DNA of 40,095 nucleotides, from the IMG/VR virus record IMGVR_UViG_3300029868_000012; one strand, 5' to 3'. This DNA is from a virus. Both the position numbers and the translations under genes were made by a program. Below the pieces are notes generated by a model. That model saw only the letters and a list, made by a program, of their open reading frames with translations. It was not told the origin of the DNA and did no database searches. Shown piece after piece: positions 17,631 to 27,200 of the stretch (positions are counted from its first letter, which is position 1; the number at the start of each line of letters is the position of its first letter).

Positions 17631-18578
17631 TTAAGAAGTGGTTAAATCGAAGATACCACCACTAGCTGCTTCGTTAGAAGACTGAAGCGTGTACTCGACA
17701 AGCATTTGCTCACGATCAGTATCACCAGTTTTAGCCAGCTCACTGGATTGGAAATCACGCAATACAGCGAACTTCCACTTGTCCATCTCTAACACTAAGC
17801 AATCACGAGATCGCATGTGTCGGCTAGGCATGATAACCAAGTCACCAAAGTCACTCACATATACATCAACAGCATTGATGATTTTCTTCGCGCTGCTTTC
17901 GATATTACGAGTAGCGCCACCTGAGAACGCAGATAGAGTCTGCTTGTTGAATGATCCAACAAAGATAGTATCTGGCTCGCCGCCTTCATCCCAACATGAA
18001 GCCAATACAGACTTCAATTGAGACTCAGTGAAAGCACGTTGATCACCATCAGTACGCGCATCAGTACCGTCACCAGTAGGATCAGCACCAGAACCACCAC
18101 CAAAGTCGGTGTTAGTTGCTAGCCATGCAGGGATACCAGCAGCTTCACGAGCTGTTGAGCTATTACCTGTTACCTGAGCATTGTTAGCGAATAGAGTAGA
18201 CTCAACATCAGTCTTAAGCTCTAAACCAGACTTCATAATCTGGAGCGCCATTTCATCAGAGCGACCCGCAGAATCAACGACGCGTTGAGTACCTGTAACA
18301 CGAGGCACCTTATCACTGATCTGTGTGCGGTTACCTAGTCGAACGGTAGGAGTAGAGGCGGTAGTAGTCGCATCATCGCCTTCAATTACTGCGTTAGTAG
18401 CTGAAGGAGTCGCTAGTACATCGGTCTGCCACTCGTGGTTAGTTGCTGTTGCCGGCACTTTTGCAATACCAGAAAGCAATGGAGTAGTGGATGGAGAAAT
18501 CATTGTTATAATGTCGGCTAGGTCTTCACGGTTACCAACTGCATCATAACTGTCAAACGTATCTGCTGGTTGAGTCAT
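17631..18578 (-). CDS. Major capsid protein (HK97-fold family)
   Basis: 315 aa. N-terminus ...GNREDLADIITMISPSTTPLLSGI......ATNHEWQTD.LA is typical of a widespread phage coat family. Follows the scaffold gene. Confidence 0.7.
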   Translation of the reverse strand: MTQPADTFDSYDAVGNREDLADIITMISPSTTPLLSGIAKVPATATNHEWQTDVLATPSATNAVIEGDDATTTASTPTVRLGNRTQISDKVPRVTGTQRVVDSAGRSDEMALQIMKSGLELKTDVESTLFANNAQVTGNSSTAREAAGIPAWLATNTDFGGGSGADPTGDGTDARTDGDQRAFTESQLKSVLASCWDEGGEPDTIFVGSFNKQTLSAFSGGATRNIESSAKKIINAVDVYVSDFGDLVIMPSRHMRSRDCLVLEMDKWKFAVLRDFQSSELAKTGDTDREQMLVEYTLQSSNEAASGGIFDLTTS

Positions 18579-18589
18579 TTTATGTCACC

Positions 18590-19486
18590 TTATCTTGAGG
18601 AAAGTTGTTTAATTGCGGCTAGTGCGTCTGACTTAGACCCTGACTTGCGTAAACGCGCCTTAGCGTCCTGCATCTCAGTAGGTTTAGCCTTTGCTCTGCC
18701 TTTTACAGCTTTAACAGCCTTCGGAGCTTTACGCACCTTCTTGGCAGTTAATGCCTTTTTGCTGTCGATTGCGTTGAATTTGGAAGCTTGAACCAGGGAT
18801 AAATAAACACGGTGATCTGAAACACCTGTTAAATCCATACCTATGCTTGATGCGTATTCGAGGGCTGCCTTAAACTCACTATCTCTAACCTGTGGATCTG
18901 ACCAGGCCGGTATCTTACCAATGAGTATGTTACTTTCCTCTGCTAACTTCGCATTAAACTGTTCTTTTTGCTGGGCCTTGGCCGTTACCAACTTAGCCTT
19001 CTTAGCGTCAAGTTTCCGCCGTTGTTTCAGATACTCGCTGGCGTCTTCATCTGCTAATTCATCCCAATCAATACTCGCTTCCTCTTCTGAAATAAGACCA
19101 TCTAACGTAGCAACCTTCTCATTCAGTGAGGTAAGTGCTGCGTCTAGCTGTAATGACTTGGCATCTAGCGCCTTGTCCTTCTCAGCTACATTGGTGGTCT
19201 TTTTCGTGTAGTCAGATTGTCTAAGGTTGCCTTGCTGCCACTCTAGAATCTGTGAAAGGCTTGTCTCTACTCCGTTAATATCAAAGTAGGATTCCTCTAC
19301 ATCATCCGTTGCAACCGCTTCAACTTCCTCTTCTGTTTCTAACTCTTCGACTTCGTCAACATCAACTTCATCGGATAAAGTGTCATCATCTGACACGTCT
19401 ACTGCCTCAATCACTTCGTCGGTTGTCTCTGGGAGATCCGTTGTAGTATTTAAAGCTTTGATCTTATCTAAAATATCTTGTGACAT
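18590..19486 (-). CDS. Scaffolding protein
   Basis: 298 aa. Very acidic N-terminus, long helical Lys/Ala/Glu-rich remainder. Lies between portal and capsid genes. Confidence 0.55.
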   Translation of the reverse strand: MSQDILDKIKALNTTTDLPETTDEVIEAVDVSDDDTLSDEVDVDEVEELETEEEVEAVATDDVEESYFDINGVETSLSQILEWQQGNLRQSDYTKKTTNVAEKDKALDAKSLQLDAALTSLNEKVATLDGLISEEEASIDWDELADEDASEYLKQRRKLDAKKAKLVTAKAQQKEQFNAKLAEESNILIGKIPAWSDPQVRDSEFKAALEYASSIGMDLTGVSDHRVYLSLVQASKFNAIDSKKALTAKKVRKAPKAVKAVKGRAKAKPTEMQDAKARLRKSGSKSDALAAIKQLSSR

Positions 19487-19488
19487 AA

Positions 19489-19770
19489 TTATATACCTGG
19501 AATGAATTTCTTGCCACGTTCGACAAGGGTTGCTTTTGCGACGTTGCCGGATTGCATGACCTGTTTAAAGTGTTTATCCACCCATTCAACAGTCTGCATC
19601 TTGCGCCATATTTCGTTACGCTCGTCATTCTCTTTAAACTTGGTCTTCTGGAATTCCTCCATTAACCGCGCACGAATCATCACAAAAGCTTCCTGATAGA
19701 TCGGGTTGTTCAGTACAGCGCTTGCTTGATCGCCCCGTACTAATTCCTGTCTATCCTTCAATTCACTCAT
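19489..19770 (-). CDS. Hypothetical head-module protein
   Basis: 93 aa, between the portal and scaffold genes. Confidence 0.45.
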   Translation of the reverse strand: MSELKDRQELVRGDQASAVLNNPIYQEAFVMIRARLMEEFQKTKFKENDERNEIWRKMQTVEWVDKHFKQVMQSGNVAKATLVERGKKFIPGI

Positions 19771-21801
19771 TTATGCCCCTTGGCCTTGGCCTGGTATGTC
19801 AGTGTTAAATTTCAATTCTAATTCAGAGTACTTGAACTCTAAATCTGCGATTGTTTGGTTAGCATCTGCCAATTCTTTAACGTTAGCCTGTCGCCGCTTC
19901 TCTTCTAGTTCAGCGGCCTTCAGCTGTAATGTTCCTTGAGCTACTGCAATCTTGCCTTGCTGCTCTATCATTGCGGCCTTAGCCAATGGATCTTCTTGGC
20001 CTTGTAGCTGTTGCAGCATACCCTTCATTTGCGCATTCTCAGCCATTAATACTTCTTGTGGTATCTCTGGATCATTGGCAAAGTCACCAATTCGACTAAT
20101 ACCCATGCTGCCTAGTATCTTGACCATGACATTGTAAATCTTCTTATCGTCGGTAACTGTCGATCCTGTAGCCTTCAATTGCTGAAGTATCTGGAACAAT
20201 TGCCCCATGTTTTGCAGCATTGCTTCGTCATCGCCAGCAGCTAAACCCACGTTACTAGTGATGGAGTTGTGAGATACCCACTTTAAAGGCTGGATAGTCA
20301 TAGGCTTGCCGAGAATCATTATCTCTAAATCTTCGACCTGATACCGGCTTACATACCAAGCCATACCGTCAAACAGCTTCCTAAATCCTGTCTCAGACAT
20401 GACGCGCGCTACCAACTCAGTCTTAGCCGCCCCGCTTTTGCTCATGCCTTCGAATCTAGCAACTGACTCTTCACCGAATCTGTCAGCGTCTAAGCCCTGA
20501 TTAGCTAGCTGATTGCCAGTTGATTGAGATTTGAGACTATCCCAGTATTGAATAACTTGTAGCGCTTGATCGCCAATATACGGCGTCTGGAGCTGGAACA
20601 CTGCACTTGTTGGGTCGCCTTCAGTCCTAACAATTCCATTAGGCCTAACGGTTAATAAGTCGTCAATGTTCGTTTGTTCGTCGTTAACAACTACGCGACC
20701 ATTTGCCACGTTATAAATATTGTTCAGTATGTTGCGAGTGAGTACGGTAGATACCCGTTGGTGTGTAGTGACTAACTCAGCACGACCACGACCAATAGCA
20801 CTGTGGGGCATAAGAATAGCGCTGTTAATAGCATAAGGAACCATTCCATGCTGTTCGTTTTCAAGTATTACATTCCCAGCTTTAACGATATATCGGCGCT
20901 CTGCAATGCCATCATTATCATAGTCAACTTTCACATAGAGATAGAACACTTGTATTAATTGACTTGCCCAATGACTTATATCTTCACTGTCTTTGTCGCC
21001 ACCTTGATCACGAAAGCGGATGGCCTTCATGGTGCTTACTTCGTCTTGGTCATTAACTGAAGGTAGCTGTTTAACTATGGCTTCATCATAACCAGCAGCC
21101 ACCAACTCACCACGAGTCACCAATGAAGTATCGCCGATTATCTCTGCGTCATCTTCATCAGCTGCATTTCGTGAAATAATAAAGTCTTCAGTAGGTACAC
21201 CGCGAACAAAGAAGCGCTTATCAATGAATGTTTGCCGAACCTTTATATACTTGGTGTCATCATCGTTATCAGCTTGTTCAATGTATTCAACCTTGACGCC
21301 TTTCTCGGACTGCACTTTGAGCTGTATATCGATTATCTCCAGCTCTTCCTCGTTAATACCGTCCCATTCGTCGATCTCTGTGCGCTCGACCTCTTCATAG
21401 CCAAACTTAACAACGCCTAACTTCTGTATTTCAGCGTCTTTTATCCAATCATGTATAACTTTAAATGATGTGGCCTGATTGCGTATTAACCAGTTAACGT
21501 ACTTAGTTTTCTGTTCTGCTTCTAACTTGTCAGCATCACTATTGGTAGCCGGATCAAAGGTCATTATGTCCTTAGAGCCTAAGAAGATTCTAACCAGGCT
21601 GGGCATGTCTGACTCTACGGTGTCTTGAACGTCAGACGTAACAACCTGACTTTGCCCTTCCACCTCATCACCGTAAGGCTCGCCATTATAACGTTTCAGC
21701 AGGTTTTCGTTCTCGTTCATAAACTCAGCAGAATAGCGAACCGCATCGCGCTCGGCTTCATTGACCAGTGCTAACAATTCACTATCTGACATTTTAGGCA
21801 T
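19771..21801 (-). CDS. Portal protein
   Basis: 676 aa, downstream of TerL. N-terminus ...YNGEPYGDEVEGQSQVVTSDVQDTVESDMPSLVRIF is a typical portal motif. Long C-terminal coiled-coil tail. Confidence 0.75.
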   Translation of the reverse strand: MPKMSDSELLALVNEAERDAVRYSAEFMNENENLLKRYNGEPYGDEVEGQSQVVTSDVQDTVESDMPSLVRIFLGSKDIMTFDPATNSDADKLEAEQKTKYVNWLIRNQATSFKVIHDWIKDAEIQKLGVVKFGYEEVERTEIDEWDGINEEELEIIDIQLKVQSEKGVKVEYIEQADNDDDTKYIKVRQTFIDKRFFVRGVPTEDFIISRNAADEDDAEIIGDTSLVTRGELVAAGYDEAIVKQLPSVNDQDEVSTMKAIRFRDQGGDKDSEDISHWASQLIQVFYLYVKVDYDNDGIAERRYIVKAGNVILENEQHGMVPYAINSAILMPHSAIGRGRAELVTTHQRVSTVLTRNILNNIYNVANGRVVVNDEQTNIDDLLTVRPNGIVRTEGDPTSAVFQLQTPYIGDQALQVIQYWDSLKSQSTGNQLANQGLDADRFGEESVARFEGMSKSGAAKTELVARVMSETGFRKLFDGMAWYVSRYQVEDLEIMILGKPMTIQPLKWVSHNSITSNVGLAAGDDEAMLQNMGQLFQILQQLKATGSTVTDDKKIYNVMVKILGSMGISRIGDFANDPEIPQEVLMAENAQMKGMLQQLQGQEDPLAKAAMIEQQGKIAVAQGTLQLKAAELEEKRRQANVKELADANQTIADLEFKYSELELKFNTDIPGQGQGA

Positions 21802-21980
21802 TATTCGCTTCCTTCAACCTTCGCTTTAGTCTTCTTGGCTTTCTTAGGAGCTGGCTTAACTTCTACGTCTGAAAAGCCTGCTACCTTGCGAGGCTCTAAA
21901 CCTAGCTCGTTGATCTTGCCTTCCAGCGCTTCAATTCTACCGCGAAGCTCTTTGATCTCGTTACCTTGCTTAATACTCAT
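21801..21980 (-). CDS. 59-aa coiled-coil/basic protein between TerL and portal (below the track cutoff)
   Basis: Translated by hand: MSIKQGNEIKELRGRIEALEGKINELGLEPRKVAGFSDVEVKPAPKKAKKTKAKVEGSE. The ATG overlaps the TerL TGA (ATGA). Its TAA overlaps the portal ATG (TAATG). Confidence 0.5.
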   Translation of the reverse strand: MSIKQGNEIKELRGRIEALEGKINELGLEPRKVAGFSDVEVKPAPKKAKKTKAKVEGSE

Positions 21981-23533
21981 GCTACTGACACCTTCTGATA
22001 GTCGAGTTTACCCCACTTAGGCTTTTGCTTAGGTGGTCGCATTGTCATCATTATAGCATCAGCCATGTTAGGACTGCTAATCCCTAACTTTTTCATATCT
22101 GACTTAGCTAATATCTGGATTAAATCATTCGTATTATCCTTTCTAGGGATAGCACAAAGCTCTGATCTAATGCTATCCATGTCTTCAATGCCATCAGAAT
22201 CAAAGCTAATCATGTCATCAGGGTCAATGTACTTGCCACGCTTCACACATTTGTAGGTGTTATACATCCTGTCAGCTAAGAGGGTATAGTATTGCGCTCG
22301 GTTGTTCTTAAAAGTTTCAGCGTAGGTTTTAGGTTTCTCAGTACCTTCCGTATCAAGAGGAAGGTAGACCTTCTCAGCCATATCTTGGCCCTTACCGGAA
22401 AGCCCACCATGGAACCCTCCAAACTTAACACGGGTTCCATTAAATGCATCTGAGACCTGTCGCTTGAGTCCGGTACCCATTCCATCAGCATCCCAGGCGA
22501 AGTGGTCAGCCTTGTTGTTAATAGCCAATTCAGTCGCCCAATCAGTGCCAACGTCGATTTCACCCTTAGTCTTCTGTAATACTCTTTCAATGATTGATCC
22601 TCTGCGTTGTGCGTAACCGTGTGCATCGTTGCCATCGTCCATAGGATCGAATGCGACAATACGTGAACCATGCGGGGCAAATGTTTCTTTAAGGTGTTCA
22701 ATCTTGTGAGCATCAATACAAGCATCGAACCATTCAGGCTTGATTATGCTGTTGTCTACTTCGTCAAGATAATCGCCATGCCACTTATGTCGGTACTGAG
22801 CTGTAGATAACTTATCTAAATCATCTAGCCGCTCTTGCTCTAATCCGCTGGCAATGAACCATGATTGTGGCATGTCGGTGTAGTTCATCTGCACGACCAT
22901 CACGGTATCGTCTTCGTAATACCCGCAACGTTTAAGCTCACTCTCAGCCCTTGCCAACCACTTCTTAGCAACAGCTCCAGATCTTTGCCCCCTGTTCATT
23001 GTAATAATGATTTCAGGCATCTTGATATCTGAATTAGCTAGCAATGCGTCCAGCTGTTCAATAGATTCTAGTTTGTTGCCATCTAATAGCCGCTCTGTGT
23101 CATCTGCATTAAGCCGAACGGATGCTGTCAATACCCTTAGCGTGTTGTCGCTTATATCTTCGCCTTCCTCTATCCAAAGGCCGTCAACACCTGAAAGAGT
23201 AGACTTGAGGCTAGTAATGTTACGAGCAAGCCCCCTATAAAATGTGCGTCCTCCGCTTGTCTCATGAGTAATAGACGTTTTTGTATCTTCGAATCCTTGT
23301 ATGCCCAGCCTGCTAATTTCATCAAGTATTGTCCTGTGTACTGATTCTTCAATTGAATTCTGATTCTCACGAGCGCAACACCACAATTCACCACTCGATA
23401 CCTTAGCAGCTACATAGTCAGCAATGCCGGTACTCTTAGTTGAGCCACGACCGCCGACAATGATTTTAATACGCTTAGGTTTGGTAAATATGGGATATAG
23501 GTTCTTAACGTACTCTATGCTGATCTTATTCAA
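21977..23533 (-). CDS. terL: Terminase large subunit
   Basis: 518 aa. Walker A-like VGGRGSTKST near the N-terminus and a nuclease-type C-terminal half. Lies between the TerS candidate and portal. Confidence 0.8.
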   Translation of the reverse strand: MNKISIEYVKNLYPIFTKPKRIKIIVGGRGSTKSTGIADYVAAKVSSGELWCCARENQNSIEESVHRTILDEISRLGIQGFEDTKTSITHETSGGRTFYRGLARNITSLKSTLSGVDGLWIEEGEDISDNTLRVLTASVRLNADDTERLLDGNKLESIEQLDALLANSDIKMPEIIITMNRGQRSGAVAKKWLARAESELKRCGYYEDDTVMVVQMNYTDMPQSWFIASGLEQERLDDLDKLSTAQYRHKWHGDYLDEVDNSIIKPEWFDACIDAHKIEHLKETFAPHGSRIVAFDPMDDGNDAHGYAQRRGSIIERVLQKTKGEIDVGTDWATELAINNKADHFAWDADGMGTGLKRQVSDAFNGTRVKFGGFHGGLSGKGQDMAEKVYLPLDTEGTEKPKTYAETFKNNRAQYYTLLADRMYNTYKCVKRGKYIDPDDMISFDSDGIEDMDSIRSELCAIPRKDNTNDLIQILAKSDMKKLGISSPNMADAIMMTMRPPKQKPKWGKLDYQKVSVA

Positions 23534-23832
23534 GCGTTAGAGCCTACGGGGATAAATTCGAATGTGCTGGCTACTTGAATTGCTTCGCCTGCCTCACCTG
23601 TTAACTCAACTGTCCTTACATCAGGCAAGTATTTGTTCATTACTCTTAATCTTTGATCGTTGGCTACCTTGTACTTATCAAGCTCATTCCTGAACGTTTC
23701 AGAGGTATGGTCTAGCGCTTCGATTTTATCAATGTTATCAACAAGATGTTGTGCTGTACACTTCTTAGACAGCCACTCTCTTAATGCCTCCTGTCTAACT
23801 GCGCGATTCTCTTGCGCTCTTGTCTTAGCCAT
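23530..23832 (-). CDS. terS: Terminase small subunit candidate
   Basis: 100 aa, helical and basic at the N-terminus. ATGA-coupled to TerL. AAGAGGA RBS. Confidence 0.4.
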   Translation of the reverse strand: MAKTRAQENRAVRQEALREWLSKKCTAQHLVDNIDKIEALDHTSETFRNELDKYKVANDQRLRVMNKYLPDVRTVELTGEAGEAIQVASTFEFIPVGSNA

Positions 23833-23880
23833 ATACAGAGTCCTCTTAGGTTGTTCTGCATGAGTCCCGCTATGGGTTGC

Positions 23881-24291
23881 TCAATTCCACGTTGTTGTGG
23901 TGTCAGGCTGCTTTGTCCATGTATCGGATTCGTCGTCTTTGTCATCCCATGCAATAGAGTTGTCAGCCTGCTTTGTCCATATAGTAACACTATTAGCCTG
24001 GTCATCCCAAATAGTCACGGTATCGGCCTGTGTTGCCCATGCTGGCGTTTCGTCTGCTTGTTGTGCCCACGTATTAGATTCGTCAGCTTGTAGGCTCCAT
24101 GTGCTTGTATCGTTCGCCTGGTCTGACCATACGGTAGATTGATCAGCTTGAGCTATCCAGCTATCGACTTCATCATTTTGCCCCGTCCAATTAGTAACGC
24201 TGTCATCTTGAACCGTCCATAGCTCTGTGGATATGGTTCCCCACGCATTCAGCCATGAGCTACCCCAGCTTTGCGCCCAACTACTAGCCAA
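23881..24291 (-). CDS. Trp-punctuated acidic decapeptide-repeat ORF, in frame with the fibre gene behind a single TAA (no Met codon; only a TTG at its first codon)
   Basis: 136 codons, 16 Trp. Eleven consecutive 10-aa units ending in W (consensus xxQADxxxxW). Open in frame directly after the stop at 24292..24294. Confidence 0.45.
   Translation of the reverse strand: MASSWAQSWGSSWLNAWGTISTELWTVQDDSVTNWTGQNDEVDSWIAQADQSTVWSDQANDTSTWSLQADESNTWAQQADETPAWATQADTVTIWDDQANSVTIWTKQADNSIAWDDKDDESDTWTKQPDTTTTWN
23887..24216. repeat. Degenerate 30-bp tandem repeat, 11 units (coding repeat)
   Basis: Plus-strand units align, for example gtcatcccat gcaatagagt tgtcagcctg / ctttgtccat atagtaacac tattagcctg / gtcatcccaa atagtcacgg tatcggcctg ... 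Confidence 0.85.
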
Positions 24292-27200
24292 TTATGAACC
24301 CCACTCGCTACCTGTTTGGCCGTCACCTACTACAGTAGTGTCATTCACGCTCTGAATATTAGAATCTAATTCATTCGCTTTCGTGAATGTCAGGCTGTCA
24401 GTCTTAGCCTTTACTGCGTCCACGTTAGTATCAATTATATCTACTTTTGCATCGATCGTTGCAATAGTCGCATTGTCTGGAGCTATTGTGTTGGCTCCAT
24501 CAGTACCGCGCATATCTGTATTGGTTGTGGTCGTGTCTACCAGTGCTACGCCATCAACCTTACCCGCTGTAGCGTCTATGTGAGTTGTTGGCATTCTTGT
24601 ATCTATTTGGGCTGGTAACGTTGTGCCAGTATCAACCAATATTGCATCAACTATGCCGTCAATAATGTCTACTTTTCCGTCTACAGAATCAATGACGCCT
24701 AATTGCGCTGATTCTGGAGCGGTCAACCCTGATACGCCGGTTTCAACTATCAACGGCACACCTGAATAATCCATAAATATTGAATTGCCCGTAGTATCGT
24801 AAGGGCTTGAAAAGTCGCTTCTGTAGTATCGAATGTCATTATCAGTAAATTGGAAGTTGCCGGCGCTGGTCTTCTCAATTACCACATCAACTACGCTAAC
24901 ATCCTGCTTAATAGATGCCGAGCTTTCAACATCGTAAGCATCCCAAAACAACTCTATACCTTCGGAGTCACTAGCTATTAGGAACGCCCACCATGCAACC
25001 AGTGACTTCTTGGTGCCTGACCCACTGCCGACTATATCAATATCGATATTGGTCCCATCTTTTACCCAATTAGTTTCCGCTGAACCATCGATAGCCCATG
25101 TATTAACCTCTACCCAATCGACTTGGCTAATTAGAATTGTAAATCCTGTTGAGGTTGCAATTGTTATCGCCTCAATTGGGAATTTGTAAGACGCGCCATT
25201 TTCAAAGGCTACCCGATATCTAACTTGATCGCCGGCCTTGAACTCTTCGCCCTCAGTATATGCAAGGCTCCAATCACTACCTTGAACGCCATCTTCTACA
25301 GCAATGGCCATAGTTTCCCAAACCACAGTGTTATCGTTGGTCGTGTTACCTGGCGTAGTGTCCCATGTAGGCTCTGAACCTCCACTAGTGCCGCCAGTCG
25401 TGCAACGCATGTAAAGCCCTGTGGTTAGCTCTGTTCCGGTTCCTAGCGTGCGTAATCGCCTATCACCAGCTACATAGGCAGTTGATAGCACCCATATGGC
25501 TGATTCTTTAGCTGTCTTGTTGATAACCTGTAGATAACTATTTGCTTCTATGCCCAATGTTTGCGCGTTAGCCGTTACTGCTGGTGTAAAGTAGTTTCCA
25601 TTATCAGCCTGGAATCGTGTAAAGCTAGGGTGATCTAATCCACCTCTAGACGCATAGAATCCAACCAGCGTTGGTGTAGTGCCCTCTTCAAAGCCTCTTT
25701 CTGTCTCAACTGCCGTTGCGTTATGTATAACCATGTCGGACAATTCGAACCATCTTAGGCCCGTTCCGCCTGGTATTATTCCATTTGGATCATTAGCGCC
25801 ATTGAAGTTTATTTGATCAGCTATATCTACGCCTGAAGTTGTGCCGCCATCTACCCACTCATAAGCGAATACTTCACCGCCAAAGGTTCCGCCAGCTATA
25901 AGGGTAATATCACCCGATACGCCTGGATCACTGCCTGAGTATCCATGAGCCTCATTAGCTAAAACTACTTGATACGAGTTAGACGCAATCGCACTGATAC
26001 CGGCATCGACCAATAAATCTGATCTTGCTTGCTTAGATCCTGCTAGGAATGCCTTTGTGACCATGTAGTCAGAGAAATCAAATCCGTCAGCCGTTGAACC
26101 ATCGTGGTTTGGATCGTCCCAATACTGGAAAGCTTCATCAACAACGTTATTAGTCAGCGTTACTGCTGTGGAATTGCCCGAATCTGTCTGCCTAAAGTGA
26201 GTTGTTGAGCCTGTAATGAATCCGCCTGACTTCAGCACAAACCACTTTTCTAATGGGTTTAATGCATCAGCAGCGTCGAACATTTCCATTCCCGCGCCTT
26301 TCCACGTAGCCATACTGGTTATGGTCATGCCATCAGTCAAATCTACGCGGGTCAGTCCTGGTATAGACATCATCAGCAATGGCGTGTTGAAATAGCTTGA
26401 GTTAGTACGGATTACATCAGCTAGGCTTGAGCGTACATCGAGCGCGTTTTGATCACTGTTGATGGTTAATACTTTGGTAGCTCGTACATAATCATATTCG
26501 GTGGTAATCGTTAGCCCGTGACCGCTATTATAGCTTTCGTCAAAGTCCATGATGAAATTGATATTACCGTCGAAAGGCACAACGTCTTGGCTGTTAATAG
26601 GTACGTATGATTGCTTGACTAGCTCAATGTCAATAACGTCTGTATCAGGGAAATTATAGGCTAACGTTGTTCCTGTTGCGCTATCTACAACGGTTTGAGA
26701 ATCATCTTCAAAGTATCTAATTAGTGTCGTTGCTGTATCGCTGTTGATATTTAGCGTCAGTACTGGAGTTACAATTGTTAAAACACCACTCGACGCATTA
26801 TTAACCGTCAGCGTGTTAGCCGATGGAATCGAGAAGTTAGTGGTCCCCGTGTATTCGATATCAAACGTGTTGCCCGATACCGTTAAATTTGGGTCATCTG
26901 TCCATGTTCCCGACTGATTGCCGGTTATCTGTATGGCTCGGTTATTGTTAGTGAATGTACAGTTGGCTAGGTTTTCAAAAAGAGCCTCTGAAGTAACCAC
27001 TATAGCGTTAGTCTGGATGCAGCTATCTATGGTGTTTCCGCCTGACAAATCGGCTGTATTTTGCGTAATCTGATTGCATGCTGTAAACGTCATGCCAACA
27101 ATGGCTCGGCCAATAGTCCGTAATATTATCTCACCACTGATTATTAACGCGCCTACCTCGCTATAGGTGGCAGAGGTGCTGGTGCCGCTCTCTAGCTCCC

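Noticed and set aside
23781-24142. Tracked ORFs 23781..24005 (-), 23812..24093 (+) and 23897..24142 (+), and the idea that the 30-bp periodic repeat might be a CRISPR-like array
   Set aside because: The repeat units are contiguous (no spacers) and degenerate, and they encode a clean decapeptide period in one frame. The other ORFs are by-products of a stop-poor tandem repeat.
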